A stretch of DNA of 63,936 nucleotides, the filler included, from Octopus bimaculoides (Eukaryota), in assembly GCF_001194135.2 (NCBI RefSeq). It is 6 parts of 5 records of this genome, joined end to end, with 100 filler letters (N's around TTAATTAATTAA, not from the genome) between each part and the next. Parts side by side here need not be neighbours in the genome. Positions count along the whole stretch, not along the records: positions 62,660 to 63,936 come from NC_068986.1; 5 more parts are not named here. One strand, 5' to 3'. Each line of letters opens with the position of its first letter. Within the stretch, counting starts at the first letter, position 1. The notes beneath the pieces are model-generated. The model worked only from the letters and a program-made list of their open reading frames with translations. It ran no database searches and was not told the origin of the DNA. Positions 63,607 to 63,936 of the stretch are shown piece by piece. The position numbers were made by a program, and so were the translations under genes.

Positions 63607-63936
63607 TCCTCATCATCATCGTTTAACGTCCGCTTTCCATGCTAGCATGGGTTGGACGACTTGACTGAGGACTGGTGAAACCGGATGGCAACACCAGGCT
63701 CCAATCTAAATTTGGCAGAGTTTCTACAACTGGATGCCCTTCCTAACGCCAACCACTCAGAGAGTTTAGTAGGTGCTTTTACGTGTCACCTGCACGAAGG
63801 CCAGTCAGGCGATACTGGCAACGGCCACGCTCGAAATGGTGTCTTTTATGTGCCACCCGCACAAGAGCCAGTCCAGGGGCACTGGCAACGATCTCGTTTG
63901 AAAATCCTACGGAAGCCAGTCAGGCGCTACTGGCAA
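63607..63936 (-). mobile_element. RTE LINE 3' UTR with (GAT)n tail (runs off the window end)
   Basis: High identity to the reverse complement of 14414-14641. Confidence 0.88.

Noticed and set aside
63665-63685. CTGAGGA-CTGGT-GAAAC (also at 14565-14584 on the minus strand)
   Set aside because: Only 5 unpaired nt lie between the core halves, so stem II cannot form, and it is antisense to the RTE.

Overview
Repeat-saturated, gap-rich animal genomic DNA. The SINE families, RTE tails and extreme microsatellite density point to an octopus genome (inference). Five artificial 100-bp joins (44 N + TTAATTAATTAA + 44 N) split the window into blocks that may not be contiguous. One host gene is supported, on the minus strand at about 15.9-28.3 kb: five symmetric phase-1 LDL-receptor class A exons followed by an SRCR-type exon, as in corin/TMPRSS/nudel-like mosaic proteins. 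Its 5' end and any protease domain are not visible. Mobile DNA includes a near full-length Penelope-like element with a nested mariner, two further Penelope GIY-YIG remnants, a HERO/R2-group retrotransposon remnant, RTE and CR1/Jockey fragments, several tRNA-derived SINE families and several MITE/foldback elements. The most interesting unannotated signals are: (i) a set of minimal hammerhead-ribozyme folds, including a 48.4-49.0 kb cluster of two hammerhead-like motifs, a perfect 28-bp hairpin and a foldback; (ii) a 165-bp locally templated inverted insertion flanked by a 23-bp target-site duplication; (iii) a foldback built from a Penelope 3' end. Almost all long ORFs in the supplied track are N-gap or microsatellite artefacts.
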